From a virus (taxonomy: Duplodnaviria > Caudoviricetes), in IMG/VR virus record IMGVR_UViG_3300044262_000068, positions 1-31,553 of that record: a DNA stretch of 31,553 nucleotides. One strand, written 5' to 3'. Below the pieces are notes generated by a model. The model made no database searches and was not told where the DNA came from. It saw only the letters and a list, made by a program, of their open reading frames with translations. Position numbers and translations under genes: made by a program. Below are positions 15,235 to 25,311 of the stretch, one piece after another. Position 1 is the first letter of the stretch. Every line of letters begins with the position of its first letter.

Positions 15235-15576
15235 ATGCCTTATACCTTGAAAACTCAAGAAGTGGTAGTTTGTGGCGAGACGCTCGTTGTTTCTCAAGCG
15301 TCTAACATGATGGACATCAATCGTGCACTGCTCATCAGGGACGCTGAGAAGACCCGCGGTGAGGGTACAGAGGACTCTACGTACTTGCAGTACATCAAGA
15401 CTCTTCTGTATCCCTCACTAAAGGCATGTACAACGGGTGCTGTTCCTACTCTGGAGCAGTTCCTCAATGATGTACCAGTAGAGGAGTCCGATCTTTGGGT
15501 AGAAGCAGCTACTCAGCTAAATCCTCGTTGGTTTAGCTTTCTGAAGCAAGAGGATTCAGACGAAAAAAAAGACTAA
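15235..15576 (+). CDS. Tail assembly chaperone (gpG-like)
   Basis: Between tail tube and tape measure; ends in GAA AAA AAA GAC TAA. Confidence 0.8.
   Translation: MPYTLKTQEVVVCGETLVVSQASNMMDINRALLIRDAEKTRGEGTEDSTYLQYIKTLLYPSLKACTTGAVPTLEQFLNDVPVEESDLWVEAATQLNPRWFSFLKQEDSDEKKD
15563..15571 (+). other. Programmed -1 ribosomal frameshift site (A AAA AAA)
   Basis: A8 run at 15563-15570. The -1 frame reads KKRLTADELYTRLAA... and stays open to 15842. Confidence 0.8.
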
Positions 15577-15842
15577 CCGCGGATGAGTTGTACACTCGTC
15601 TCGCGGCGATTGTAAGGAACGAAGAGAAGAACGTTGACTTGCCGGAGTTCGTCAACGTCTCTCAAGAAGAACTTGATAGATATTATTTGATTTGGGCATG
15701 GTGGAACGCAACCGGAAAAACCCACCTTGTCTCCGATATTATGCAGGAACCTTATGAAGCGATGGCAGTCGTCCTGGAGATCGACAGGATTTATGAGAAG
15801 ATAGTAGAGCAATTATCTGACGACGGCCACAACGAGGAGTAA
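15570..15842 (+). CDS. Tail assembly chaperone extension (gpT-like), expressed as a G-T fusion
   Basis: In the -1 frame relative to 15235..15576, with only a weak TTG start of its own; abuts the tape measure gene. Confidence 0.75.
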   Translation, partial: RLTADELYTRLAAIVRNEEKNVDLPEFVNVSQEELDRYYLIWAWWNATGKTHLVSDIMQEPYEAMAVVLEIDRIYEKIVEQLSDDGHNEE

Positions 15843-18358
15843 TGGCAGACGATAAAGGCAAAATCAGAATACGTGTTGTAATCGACGAGAACGATGCTGA
15901 GGTTACAAAAACATGGATATCTGAAATCGCTAAACAGGTTGAAATTGCTGAGAAGAAGACTGCTCAGGTAGTTCAGGAGCAGATCAAGCAGCAGAACAAC
16001 CTCTCTGCCTCAATCAAGGGGTCTATCGAACAGTATGAGTTTGAGGACGAGAAACTTAACGAGCTTTTAAGAACTGCTCGACAACTAGGTAAAGATGAGC
16101 AGGTATATGCCATCTTAATGAAGAAGGGGTACGTAGAAGGCATCGCTGAGATCGAGAGAATGATCGGTCTCCGCAAGCAAGAGGGGGTACTTACCAAAGA
16201 GCAGATAGCTGCCGTTAACCGTAGAGCCACTGAGTTGAGGCACGAGAGTATTGCAATACGTCGTGTCTCTGCAGACATTCAATTGTTTTCACAGGGGGCG
16301 TTCATATCAGGTACGGCAATTACTGGTACCGCTCTTGCGATGGCCAAGAAGTATGCTGATCAAGTAAAGAACGTAACCGATACGGGTCAGCAGTTCAACA
16401 AAGCTCAACAGTCGTTCAACTACGCGACCCTACGCATGGGTGAGTCGTTCGCCAAGGCTACTGTACCTGTCATTAAAGATGCCACAAGGCTTCTTGACAG
16501 AGCCGCCAAGTTCATGAGCGAACACCCCGAAGCCGTGTCTGCAGCTCTCAAAGTAGGTGAAGTACTTATTGGTGTGGGCATACTTGGCAAAGGCATTTCT
16601 GTTGTAACAAGACTTACTGCAGACGTGTTGGCGATTCAGTCCTCGATCATGCGTCTTATTGCGACACGAGCTACAGAAGCACTTGTCGCTAAAGAACAAG
16701 TGGTCGCTGCTAATACAATGCTGACGGCTGCCGAAAAACAACTTTTAGCTGCCGCTGAAATGCAGGGCGCCAGTACTACAGGAGTTGCTGGCGGAGCAGC
16801 TGCCACAGCTACTGGAGCAAAAGTGGCGGGCGGGATAACACTTGCAGGGGCTGGACTTATTGCTGCAGCTACTTTGACGCTTGCGGGCATGAACTTCGCT
16901 ATCGCCAAACAACTTGATAAGCTTGAGGAGATGGCTCCTGCGAAGTTCAAGGGCACCGTTAGTGTAATACTCCGGTGGCTTGAGCAGGCGATGGCTGCTG
17001 TCCCCGGTCTGCAAATGGTTGCAATGATTCGTAACATGCGTAGGACCGTTGAGAGGGACTTCCCCGTAATTCTTGACATCATCGATCGCATCAGAGGCGT
17101 CAAGTCGTCTAGGCGGTCAAGTGGAGCTACTGCAGGCGTTTCGGCTGATGTGACAGATACGTTTCAAGGTCTTGCATTTAACGAACATTTAGATGAGTTG
17201 CTCGACGCCTACGAAGACTATAAACGAAACGACCTCGAAGCAGTGGAGGACCATCACAATAGACGGTTAGAAATTACTGCAGACGGTCTCGCACGCGAAC
17301 GTGCAGAGATCGATCGTAATCTCAAGAATATGGAGAATATTCGAGAGCAGGAATCCAAAGCTCTCCGTGATCTCCAAAAGAACTTTGACCGTCAGGAAGC
17401 GGATGATCTTCGTCAATATCAAAGACGTCGTTCTGACATCCTTGGTGAGTCAGCTGAAGAACAGATACAGGCTGCTAAAGACCTTGCAAACAAACTCGAG
17501 AAGTTGTGGTTTGATCATGCAGAGAATGTTGGCACCCTTCTTGACGAACGCGATGCGGCAGGTCTTGTAAGAGAGAACCAAAGGTTCCAACGTGCACTGC
17601 TCGAAGCTCAGAAAGAAGCGGCTGAAGAGAAAGCACAGCGCCGGGACAACATTGCCGACAAGCTTGCTGATCTCGATCGTGAGTACGCAGAGGAGCGAGC
17701 TCGTAGGCTTGAGGACTTCCAAATACGAGCAGCTGAGATTCGTGAAGACGCTACAGAGAAGCGTGAGGAAGAACGTAAACGGCATCTTGAGGAGCTTGCT
17801 GAAATACGTAAGCAAACACAGGTCAAGCTTCAAGAAGAGGACCGTAGGTTCAACGAAGAGCGCCGTCGTGCTCAGCTTAACTTCATCCAACGCATTAGAG
17901 ATATTGACGCTGCACTCCTGGGCGAAAGAAATCTGCAAGTACAACGTCGTCGAGAGATGATGATGGACTTGGACAGGTTCCTTGTAGACTATCGTATGAA
18001 GTGGAGTGCGTTGCAACAAATTTTATTGAAGAGTGGAGTGCTGACGGGCGCTACAGGTTCTGTAGGTACGAAGGCCTTTGGTGGATACGCCTCATTCGGT
18101 CTTTACAAACTGGGAGATAATCCTACAGGAGGAAGAGGGCCTGAAGAGTTTGTAATGTCCGGAGACACAACACGAACGGCTGAATCCATCATCGGCGGAC
18201 GACTGAATCAGCAAGCAATTCTCAAAGCGATGCTCAGAGGCAACCGAACCTCTGTTACTCTCAACGACCACAGAAGATTTGACAGCAGACTAAGCGTCGC
18301 TGATCGAAGGGCTATTGCTAACGATACTATGCAGTTGTTAGGATCATTGGTGAACTAA
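15842..18358 (+). CDS. Tape measure protein
   Basis: 838 aa; Ala/Gly-rich hydrophobic middle, long charged coiled coil, C-terminal AFGGY...G...GPEEFV. Confidence 0.85.
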   Translation: MADDKGKIRIRVVIDENDAEVTKTWISEIAKQVEIAEKKTAQVVQEQIKQQNNLSASIKGSIEQYEFEDEKLNELLRTARQLGKDEQVYAILMKKGYVEGIAEIERMIGLRKQEGVLTKEQIAAVNRRATELRHESIAIRRVSADIQLFSQGAFISGTAITGTALAMAKKYADQVKNVTDTGQQFNKAQQSFNYATLRMGESFAKATVPVIKDATRLLDRAAKFMSEHPEAVSAALKVGEVLIGVGILGKGISVVTRLTADVLAIQSSIMRLIATRATEALVAKEQVVAANTMLTAAEKQLLAAAEMQGASTTGVAGGAAATATGAKVAGGITLAGAGLIAAATLTLAGMNFAIAKQLDKLEEMAPAKFKGTVSVILRWLEQAMAAVPGLQMVAMIRNMRRTVERDFPVILDIIDRIRGVKSSRRSSGATAGVSADVTDTFQGLAFNEHLDELLDAYEDYKRNDLEAVEDHHNRRLEITADGLARERAEIDRNLKNMENIREQESKALRDLQKNFDRQEADDLRQYQRRRSDILGESAEEQIQAAKDLANKLEKLWFDHAENVGTLLDERDAAGLVRENQRFQRALLEAQKEAAEEKAQRRDNIADKLADLDREYAEERARRLEDFQIRAAEIREDATEKREEERKRHLEELAEIRKQTQVKLQEEDRRFNEERRRAQLNFIQRIRDIDAALLGERNLQVQRRREMMMDLDRFLVDYRMKWSALQQILLKSGVLTGATGSVGTKAFGGYASFGLYKLGDNPTGGRGPEEFVMSGDTTRTAESIIGGRLNQQAILKAMLRGNRTSVTLNDHRRFDSRLSVADRRAIANDTMQLLGSLVN

Positions 18359-18732
18359 TGGCATCGTATGAATATAAAGTAGGCACATCAGCCGACAGTA
18401 TGGTACTGTTGTCCACTCTTGGCGTCCCTGCGCCTCACCACAACTTCGTGCCCTACTCCACTGAGAGAGTGTTAGGAGACGGATCTACCAAAGGATTGGG
18501 ATGGCCCGAAGATGAGTGGTATTGGGGCTTTCTCAAACAAGCTCAAAGGGATGCATTGCGAGCTTACGTACCCGATCGCGGTGCTCACATCTTTGTACGT
18601 ACGCTCGTAGACGACGGACTCACGTGGACCGACTTTGAATGTGAGGCTGAGTGGATGAAACAAGAAGACCGTGTTGCAGGGAGACGTATGGGGTTCAGTC
18701 TTAAACTACGTGCTATGGTGGAAGTTGAATGA
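18358..18732 (+). CDS. Distal tail protein (Dit-like, putative)
   Basis: 124 aa, directly after the tape measure gene. Confidence 0.55.
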   Translation: MASYEYKVGTSADSMVLLSTLGVPAPHHNFVPYSTERVLGDGSTKGLGWPEDEWYWGFLKQAQRDALRAYVPDRGAHIFVRTLVDDGLTWTDFECEAEWMKQEDRVAGRRMGFSLKLRAMVEVE

Positions 18733-21605
18733 GTTATGCAACAGTAGCCGCTGCTTCAGCGCCCCAACTGGCGTACTTAAGATCTCCTGGTCACTGGAGT
18801 AAACTATATCTTGCTGCTTTCAATCCCTCAGTCATATACACTGCACGTCTAAATGGGGTGCCTGGAAGTAAAGACCGAGTAGTGCAAGTAAATTTTACAT
18901 CAGGGTCAGGGAATCTAGCAGACATCATTCCCGGAATGACAATGTACGTTGGCACAGTTGCCGGCTCGTACAATCTCGGCATGGTCCGTATTCGTAAAGC
19001 ACCCATTGCAGGAACGTTCTACATAGGTGAGGAGAGCGAGATTGATTGGCAAGCCTCTTGCTACCTAACTGTGGTAAACGATTTCGACATCTGGGCGCGG
19101 CACATTAATACTGTGTCGGACACTGTGTTCTACATGGACCAGGACATAACCTATACAGACCAGAATAGTGTCTTCAATCCCATACCAATTATGGGAGGGC
19201 ACAGGGCGGTAAGGAAAACAGGCTCCTACGTTGACACTATCTGGAACTGGAGTAATAGTTACGTCATCGACTCATCCATCTCAGGTTACTCGGTTGCTGC
19301 TCCTACAGCACAGTCGATAACCAATGGAACCACTTCGACACCAACTATCCGATTCAATACAATGGGGTGGCATGCAGTATACTTGACAGTGACTGCTGCT
19401 AACGGTAAGACTAGTCTTGGGGTGAGGTACGTTTACGTGTATGGAACGGGAGCCATGCCTGCAGCAGTGTTCCAGCTCGGAGAATGCTCTGAAGACTATG
19501 ATGCTGGGGGATGGTCTGCTGAAGTAACAGCCTACGCAGGGGTCTCTCTCTCGAGTGTACCCGATAGGGCCCTGTGCATATTGTTTGCGGAGGACTACTA
19601 CGGCGGCGCTCAAGTAAGCGTCGGACAACTTGCGGGATGTGAAAATGTCTTGATGACGGGCAGAATAGCTGAGGAGTCGTACAGTATAAACCCTGAACTG
19701 ACTGAAGCTACCTTCCGCATTCAAGACTTGCATTATTGGATGCAAAAGGTGAACGCCTTCCCTGTAGGCGCTGTACTGACTACAGCGACACCGACGAACT
19801 GGGCGGAGATGCAGAGTCCTACGGTTCAGAAAGTGGGGTTCATGCTTGTGTATTGGGCAAGCACGATCTCCACTATTGCAGACGTTTATTTACCTACAGA
19901 CTCCCGTATCGCAAAAAGACTAAGTTCACCCGCTGCTAATCTATGGGCGCAGCTGCAGGAGATCGCCTTTGCAACGATTCAAGCGCGCCCAGGAGTTGAC
20001 AGGTTCGGAAGGCTCTTTGTTGAGATCGAACCACAGCTAGTTCCTGAAGCCTCTCGTACCTGGCCCTCTGTCATGACGATAACCAACCAGGATTGGGCAG
20101 GCACGATAAACTTGACTCGGGTTGTTGTGTCTCCTCTGGGTGCTGTACAGACTAGTGGCGTTGTTATCGATAGCACAGGGAGTGGAGGTGCTCTCTTCGG
20201 ATTGTCTCCAGGACACGTGTTCAAACGTTTCGGTGGAGTGGAGGTTGTAGACAGACTTCTGCTCTCAACACAACTTCTGACTAATCAACTCGCATCGTTA
20301 TACCTTAGCTGGAAGAACACACCGTACTCTGCCGAGATGACTCTGGCAGGCAACTATCGCATGATGGATTGCTTTCCTCGTCAAGCAGTTACTTGGACGA
20401 TTCCATCTGCTGCCACTCCTCGAGGATTCTCGATCACCAGCGACTTCGTTATCCGTAGAGTTGCCTTGACTTGGGACTCTGATAGCGGACTGCTTGAGAC
20501 GCACATCAGCATAGAGATGGAGAGTACGGAGCAACTTTACACTGACGGAGATATTCCAGGGGCGCAAGGGGATCTAGCTGATCCTCCCCCTGTGCCTGCC
20601 TTTCCTAAGCTTCCTGCGTTTCCGATCATTCTTCCTACAGACATCGAACCTGTAGGTGCACACTCGGTACTGTTGTGTGAGAATAACATAGGACTTGTCT
20701 ATACTGAGGATTTCGATTCTGCGTCGCCGACCTGGGAGACCATTAACGTAGGCATTTCTATGGGAGTGGCTCAGTGGGCTGACTTTGTCGGGGTGTGCCC
20801 TAATGGGGCAATTTACGTTGCAGACATTACAGGGGGGTGGCCTGATCCTGGAGAGTTGTGGCGCGCACCATACGCTGGCGGTACCTTTGTAAAATTCTCA
20901 GACTACGCAAACTCTCTTACAGCGGTTGCTATAAACAAGACCGTTGGCGAACAAGTCGGATTCACAACGAACCAACACCATGGGGGAGCAGCATTGTTTT
21001 ATATCGGTGCAGGAAGCTCTTTCTCTTCGGCTGCTCCGGGTATTCTACAATACGGTGTGTCGGGCTCGCGACTCTCCTACGGATTCGGTAAGTGGCTGTA
21101 TAATGATTATGGAGGGTTCTGGCAAATCAATGCAGGAGGCACCAGTGCTTCGTTCAAAGGGGACCCCGGAGGACAGCAATATCATGTTCGAGCGGGAACG
21201 TCAGGCTTCTGTTATTGTGTTCGTGAGGGAGGAGGAGTGCTTCGTATTGAGGACAATGGTAACAACATTGTTCTTGCGTCAAATCAAGACATCACTTTTG
21301 TAGGTTCTAATCCAGTAGCTTTTGCTGCTGCAGCCAGTCCTGACGGTTCTCATCTGATGGCAAGAGGACTAGACAGCGGGAGCAGATCAAGAAGTTCGGA
21401 TTTTGGAGGGACGTGGACTGGCATTCCCAATCTCCCATTAGCGAATTGGACGTTCGAAAATTGCGGAGATAACGACCGTTGGATTGCAGGAGCGGGAGGA
21501 GTTCAGTATACCGAAAACTTTGGGACGACGTGGGCGAACAAAACAGGCAATCTCGCAACCTTAACTCCGTACCCTGCAATAAGATGGGTCAGGTGGATAG
21601 GATAG
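18729..21605 (+). CDS. Tail tip/hub protein with a C-terminal Asp-box beta-propeller-like domain
   Basis: 958 aa with a Pro-rich linker DPPPVPAFPKLPAFP. Asp-box-like motifs SRSSDFGGTW, YTENFGTTW and YTEDFDSASPTW. Confidence 0.65.
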   Translation: MSYATVAAASAPQLAYLRSPGHWSKLYLAAFNPSVIYTARLNGVPGSKDRVVQVNFTSGSGNLADIIPGMTMYVGTVAGSYNLGMVRIRKAPIAGTFYIGEESEIDWQASCYLTVVNDFDIWARHINTVSDTVFYMDQDITYTDQNSVFNPIPIMGGHRAVRKTGSYVDTIWNWSNSYVIDSSISGYSVAAPTAQSITNGTTSTPTIRFNTMGWHAVYLTVTAANGKTSLGVRYVYVYGTGAMPAAVFQLGECSEDYDAGGWSAEVTAYAGVSLSSVPDRALCILFAEDYYGGAQVSVGQLAGCENVLMTGRIAEESYSINPELTEATFRIQDLHYWMQKVNAFPVGAVLTTATPTNWAEMQSPTVQKVGFMLVYWASTISTIADVYLPTDSRIAKRLSSPAANLWAQLQEIAFATIQARPGVDRFGRLFVEIEPQLVPEASRTWPSVMTITNQDWAGTINLTRVVVSPLGAVQTSGVVIDSTGSGGALFGLSPGHVFKRFGGVEVVDRLLLSTQLLTNQLASLYLSWKNTPYSAEMTLAGNYRMMDCFPRQAVTWTIPSAATPRGFSITSDFVIRRVALTWDSDSGLLETHISIEMESTEQLYTDGDIPGAQGDLADPPPVPAFPKLPAFPIILPTDIEPVGAHSVLLCENNIGLVYTEDFDSASPTWETINVGISMGVAQWADFVGVCPNGAIYVADITGGWPDPGELWRAPYAGGTFVKFSDYANSLTAVAINKTVGEQVGFTTNQHHGGAALFYIGAGSSFSSAAPGILQYGVSGSRLSYGFGKWLYNDYGGFWQINAGGTSASFKGDPGGQQYHVRAGTSGFCYCVREGGGVLRIEDNGNNIVLASNQDITFVGSNPVAFAAAASPDGSHLMARGLDSGSRSRSSDFGGTWTGIPNLPLANWTFENCGDNDRWIAGAGGVQYTENFGTTWANKTGNLATLTPYPAIRWVRWIG

Positions 21606-21606
21606 A

Positions 21607-22839
21607 ATGAGTATTCAAAGCATTCGAAAGAACCTTCAATTACGTTTAGACAAAGCAGGCGAGTATTGGATTGACCGTCAGCCTGCTGACTTGGGTAACT
21701 GGGCTGGAGTTGTAGAGGTTCCTAACACACAAAGCATGGTTTATGTTCGTGTGGCTAACGGTCAAGTCATTGAGGTATTTAACGACAAAGCGCCCAACAT
21801 AGCAGATTGGAAAGTATACATTGGAAGAGATAAAGCGCAGCCGTGGCTTCTAAAGATAATTGATGTGCGGTGGGTTCACAACATCTCCCAACAAGTTGCA
21901 TACATACTCTTTCATCATGGACAGCATGAGTATCCAGCCCCTGACACTGTGTGGGTACGAAGAGATCAGTTTCTTCCTTTGCTAGTTCTTCCTGCAGGAG
22001 GATTTAACGTACGACTGTTCGGAGACATGATCTATCAGACTTCAATGACTGCACCTATACGTGTCGAGGACCAGGACATCGACTTGTCGTCTCATGCTAT
22101 TGGAGCAGGAGCGAAGTACGTTTTGATGGAAGTCCTTACTGACGGTACGTTGAGCTACGTAACAGGAACGGTTTACGAATCAAGAGGGATACTACACTAC
22201 CAGGACTTCCCGTCACCTTCAGAAGGTGCATTCCCTATTGCCGTGTTTGAGTTTTACGAAGGGCAAACAGAGTTACGGCGAGACAGTGAAGAGCGTAGCA
22301 TTATTGACCTCAGAATGTTTACAGGAGACAGTGCGGCAAGCGTTGGAACGCAAATCAACGACGCAGGTACTGAGACAGTTGTTGACAACGCCGACTATGT
22401 AGGGTTCTGGGACGTTAGCGTCAGTCTGTTGAAGAAGATAACATGGAGCAACATCAAGGCAGTGTTGAAAACGTACTTCGACACTTTGTATGCTACGTTG
22501 GCACATAACCATGATGCAGCCTACTCGCCAATCGCAGAACCTATCGCTGCAGCACACATCTCAGACACCGGTGACGCGCATGACGCAAGTGCAATCAGTA
22601 TCACAGATACAGGAGACTACTTTACAGGCACGGATGTCGAAGCAGCCCTACAAGAACTAGGAGCCGGAGGTGGGGGAGGAGGAGTGACTCATCTGGATGA
22701 TTTGTTAGATGTTGACGCTTCATCTCCTACAGACGGACAAGCGTTGGTATGGGATGATGGTACTTCTCAATGGATTCCTGGCTCTGCTCCTGGAGGAGGA
22801 GGCGGCGCAGATATTCTTGAAGTGCAGGTATTTAGCTAG
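21607..22839 (+). CDS. Tail fibre/minor tail protein
   Basis: KKITWSNIKA.L, HDASAIS...TDVEAALQEL, LDDLLDV...PTDGQALVWD...WIPG and poly-Gly hinges, as in fibre proteins. Confidence 0.7.
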   Translation: MSIQSIRKNLQLRLDKAGEYWIDRQPADLGNWAGVVEVPNTQSMVYVRVANGQVIEVFNDKAPNIADWKVYIGRDKAQPWLLKIIDVRWVHNISQQVAYILFHHGQHEYPAPDTVWVRRDQFLPLLVLPAGGFNVRLFGDMIYQTSMTAPIRVEDQDIDLSSHAIGAGAKYVLMEVLTDGTLSYVTGTVYESRGILHYQDFPSPSEGAFPIAVFEFYEGQTELRRDSEERSIIDLRMFTGDSAASVGTQINDAGTETVVDNADYVGFWDVSVSLLKKITWSNIKAVLKTYFDTLYATLAHNHDAAYSPIAEPIAAAHISDTGDAHDASAISITDTGDYFTGTDVEAALQELGAGGGGGGVTHLDDLLDVDASSPTDGQALVWDDGTSQWIPGSAPGGGGGADILEVQVFS

Positions 22840-22847
22840 GAGACCTT

Positions 22848-23201
22848 ATGGCGACGTTCACGAAAGAAAAGTTATCCGGTTCTACTAATGGCAAGCAGAT
22901 CAAAGTTGTTGCTACAGCAACACCCGGGACTCTTATTCATACAGCCGTAGCTGGTACAACGGATTGGGATGAAGTGTGGATATATTGTGTGAACTCTTCT
23001 GCGGCATTAGTCAAATTGACCATTGAGTGGGGAGAAGCAACGGCTCCAGACGGAAACATAGAAGTCGGTATTGCTGCTGAGTCTGGACTGTTTCTTGTCA
23101 TTCCAGGCCTGATCCTTCAAAACGGGTTGGAGATACGTGCGTTTGCCGGAAGCGCCAACGTCCTTCTTATGTCTGGCTTTGTGAACAGGATAGCAGCGTG
23201 A
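22848..23201 (+). CDS. Tail-associated structural protein (putative)
   Basis: AGGAG RBS; beta-rich 117-aa protein in the tail-fibre module. Confidence 0.55.
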   Translation: MATFTKEKLSGSTNGKQIKVVATATPGTLIHTAVAGTTDWDEVWIYCVNSSAALVKLTIEWGEATAPDGNIEVGIAAESGLFLVIPGLILQNGLEIRAFAGSANVLLMSGFVNRIAA

Positions 23202-23875
23202 GCGTCAACAGCAGACAACATACACGAGGTCGTATACCTGGTCTTGTCGATCCTCGAGCTGTTTCGATGGGTGTCATTTCTATTGCTAATCTTGTGTCCT
23301 GGGTGAAGATAAGTGACAACCCGAAGAATGATAATGAGACCGTACCAACACCCGTTGTTCGGGTGGGATTTCCGTGGACCGCTGTAGATGGAAACCCTAT
23401 CTACAAAGCGAATATCATCAACGGGAAACCGACAGTACGGTTTTCACAGGGCTACATGTCTTACAACTTTAGCTCTACCAGCTTTCGAACACTCTTTTTT
23501 GTCGGAAATAGTAGCGTAACGGGAGATTGGAATTTCTTCATGGGCAACAGCAACAACTGGCATGGAGGAACAACGAACTGGGCGACATCTTCCTACGCGA
23601 GTTCTAGCTGGTACGGCGCTGCTACCTATAGAAACGGTGTGAGCATGGGTAGTGCAGGTAGTGTAGCGCGTACATCTACAAATTACATTTGGACATTCCA
23701 ACTCGGAGGCAATCTGAGTGCTACCTACTTCTGTAGAGGAAACCAGTCGGGTCGTAATCTAGTAGGGGATATGGCTGAGTTCATTGGATTTTCTAGTGTT
23801 CTTTCAGATGCAGACTGGAACGCCGTCTTATCGTATCTTGGTCAGGAATACGGATATTCAGTAACTTTGAAATAG
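23198..23875 (+). CDS. ConA/LamG-like lectin-fold tail protein (putative receptor binding)
   Basis: P.Y..NIINGKPTVRF, YRNGV, L.GDMAEFI.FS.VLSD...AV.SYL..EY. Confidence 0.6.
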   Translation: MSVNSRQHTRGRIPGLVDPRAVSMGVISIANLVSWVKISDNPKNDNETVPTPVVRVGFPWTAVDGNPIYKANIINGKPTVRFSQGYMSYNFSSTSFRTLFFVGNSSVTGDWNFFMGNSNNWHGGTTNWATSSYASSSWYGAATYRNGVSMGSAGSVARTSTNYIWTFQLGGNLSATYFCRGNQSGRNLVGDMAEFIGFSSVLSDADWNAVLSYLGQEYGYSVTLK

Positions 23876-23883
23876 GAACAGTT

Positions 23884-24471
23884 ATGTCTCATACGCGTCT
23901 CACACTTCTTCCCCTCCTAAGTCATATTATAGGTATGCACGATCCTTACGGAGTATCACACGGGGAGAGGGTTGCAGAATTAACATTAAAGCTTGCTGAG
24001 CGTTCGGGCAAGTTTGATAAGCAAGAGATGCATGATCTCGAGTTAGCTGGGTACCTTCATGACATAGGTAAGATAGGTCTTCCTGAAAGCATTCGGAGAA
24101 ATCCAGGAAGGCTGAACGATGCAGAGAGGGCTATGGTCGAACTCCATCCTGTACTCGGCGATCGGATACTTGCAATGGTTATGAACGGTACCATAAACAA
24201 GTTCGTGAGAGATGTAGTCAAGCATCATCATGAGAATTGGGATGGGTCAGGTTACCCTGACGGCCTCAAGGGCGAAGATATTCCTTTGGGCTCACGAATG
24301 ATACGGGTGTGCGACTTCTATGACGCACTGACTCACGTACGTGGTTACGCACCTGCCAAGACCCCTGAGGAATCTATCGAGTATATGGTGCGCGAACAGA
24401 CTATCGCTAAATGGGCTGATCCCATAGTCCTTGGGCAGTTCGTTGCTATGATGAAGGACACCCATAAGTAA
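23884..24471 (+). CDS. Stand-alone HD-GYP cyclic-dinucleotide phosphodiesterase
   Basis: DPY..HGERVA, LHDIGK, HP..G, HHHENWDGSGYPDGL.GE.IP, R...VCDFYDALT..R.Y. Confidence 0.93.
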   Translation: MSHTRLTLLPLLSHIIGMHDPYGVSHGERVAELTLKLAERSGKFDKQEMHDLELAGYLHDIGKIGLPESIRRNPGRLNDAERAMVELHPVLGDRILAMVMNGTINKFVRDVVKHHHENWDGSGYPDGLKGEDIPLGSRMIRVCDFYDALTHVRGYAPAKTPEESIEYMVREQTIAKWADPIVLGQFVAMMKDTHK

Positions 24472-24479
24472 AGGATTTA

Positions 24480-24923
24480 GTGGCAACTGATCCTCCTCTG
24501 ACTCCTGAAGAACAGATACTCCTAGAGTTGCGGGAGATGCGTAAAGCATTGGCCGACATCACTCTACGTGACTTGAAAGGCAACTCGGAGGTGCTTAGTG
24601 CTATCGAGGCGTTGGGTGCTTCTCTCACGAACGAAAGACTTCAACGACGTAGGATAGAATACGAAGAAGCAATGTCCCGAGCAAGGATCAAACAGAAACT
24701 TGTTTCGGAGGCTGAAGGGGACACAACACAAAGGATAAGAGCTTTAGTCAGAAAGGAGATGACAAAAGACAAAATAAACTGGCCTGAAATGTTCAGGAAG
24801 ACTATTCTACCAAACATAGTAACTGTTGTACTTACCGTAGTCACCTTATCGCTGCTTGCGGCTCTCGTACCTGGATTCGCTCAAGCGTTGATAAGAGCCT
24901 TTAGTCAAGGAGTTACACCATGA
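24480..24923 (+). CDS. Coiled-coil protein with a C-terminal TM helix (lysis-module-like)
   Basis: C-terminal hydrophobic run IVTVVLTVVTLSLLAALV; position at the end of the late operon. Confidence 0.6.
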   Translation: MATDPPLTPEEQILLELREMRKALADITLRDLKGNSEVLSAIEALGASLTNERLQRRRIEYEEAMSRARIKQKLVSEAEGDTTQRIRALVRKEMTKDKINWPEMFRKTILPNIVTVVLTVVTLSLLAALVPGFAQALIRAFSQGVTP

Positions 24924-25309
24924 AGAAAACCCCTCTCATCGTCTGGATCATCGTAGCTGCTGCCATCGCCATTTTTCTGCTCCTGCTTGTTGCTAACCCT
25001 GGATCGACTTTCATAGCAACGAGCGCCGCTGTGCAGATCCCGATGGCACTACAACTTGCTCTGACCGCATTCCTGTTCGGGCTGCTTACGATAGGTTTCA
25101 AATTCATCATGGGAGCGATCGGTCTCGACCTCACAAGCTACGCAACCCCTCTATCCGGAACCCTGTCCGCGTTCCTTATAGGAATCGCTCAGCAATGGAT
25201 CAACCTTCAACCTGTATCGAGTGACCCCCTCATCTTGATGATACTCAATGTCGCTGTTGTCATTGTGGGAGGTATTGGCTCATACGCCATACTGACGCGC
25301 AGGGGCTAA
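24920..25309 (+). CDS. Multi-pass membrane protein, holin candidate
   Basis: Three to four hydrophobic segments in 129 aa; last gene before the terminator. Confidence 0.55.
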   Translation: MKKTPLIVWIIVAAAIAIFLLLLVANPGSTFIATSAAVQIPMALQLALTAFLFGLLTIGFKFIMGAIGLDLTSYATPLSGTLSAFLIGIAQQWINLQPVSSDPLILMILNVAVVIVGGIGSYAILTRRG

Positions 25310-25311
25310 CC

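Noticed and set aside
23198-23875. Diversity-generating retroelement target (Asn/AAC-rich lectin-like gene)
   Set aside because: No reverse transcriptase and no template-repeat copy visible in the window.
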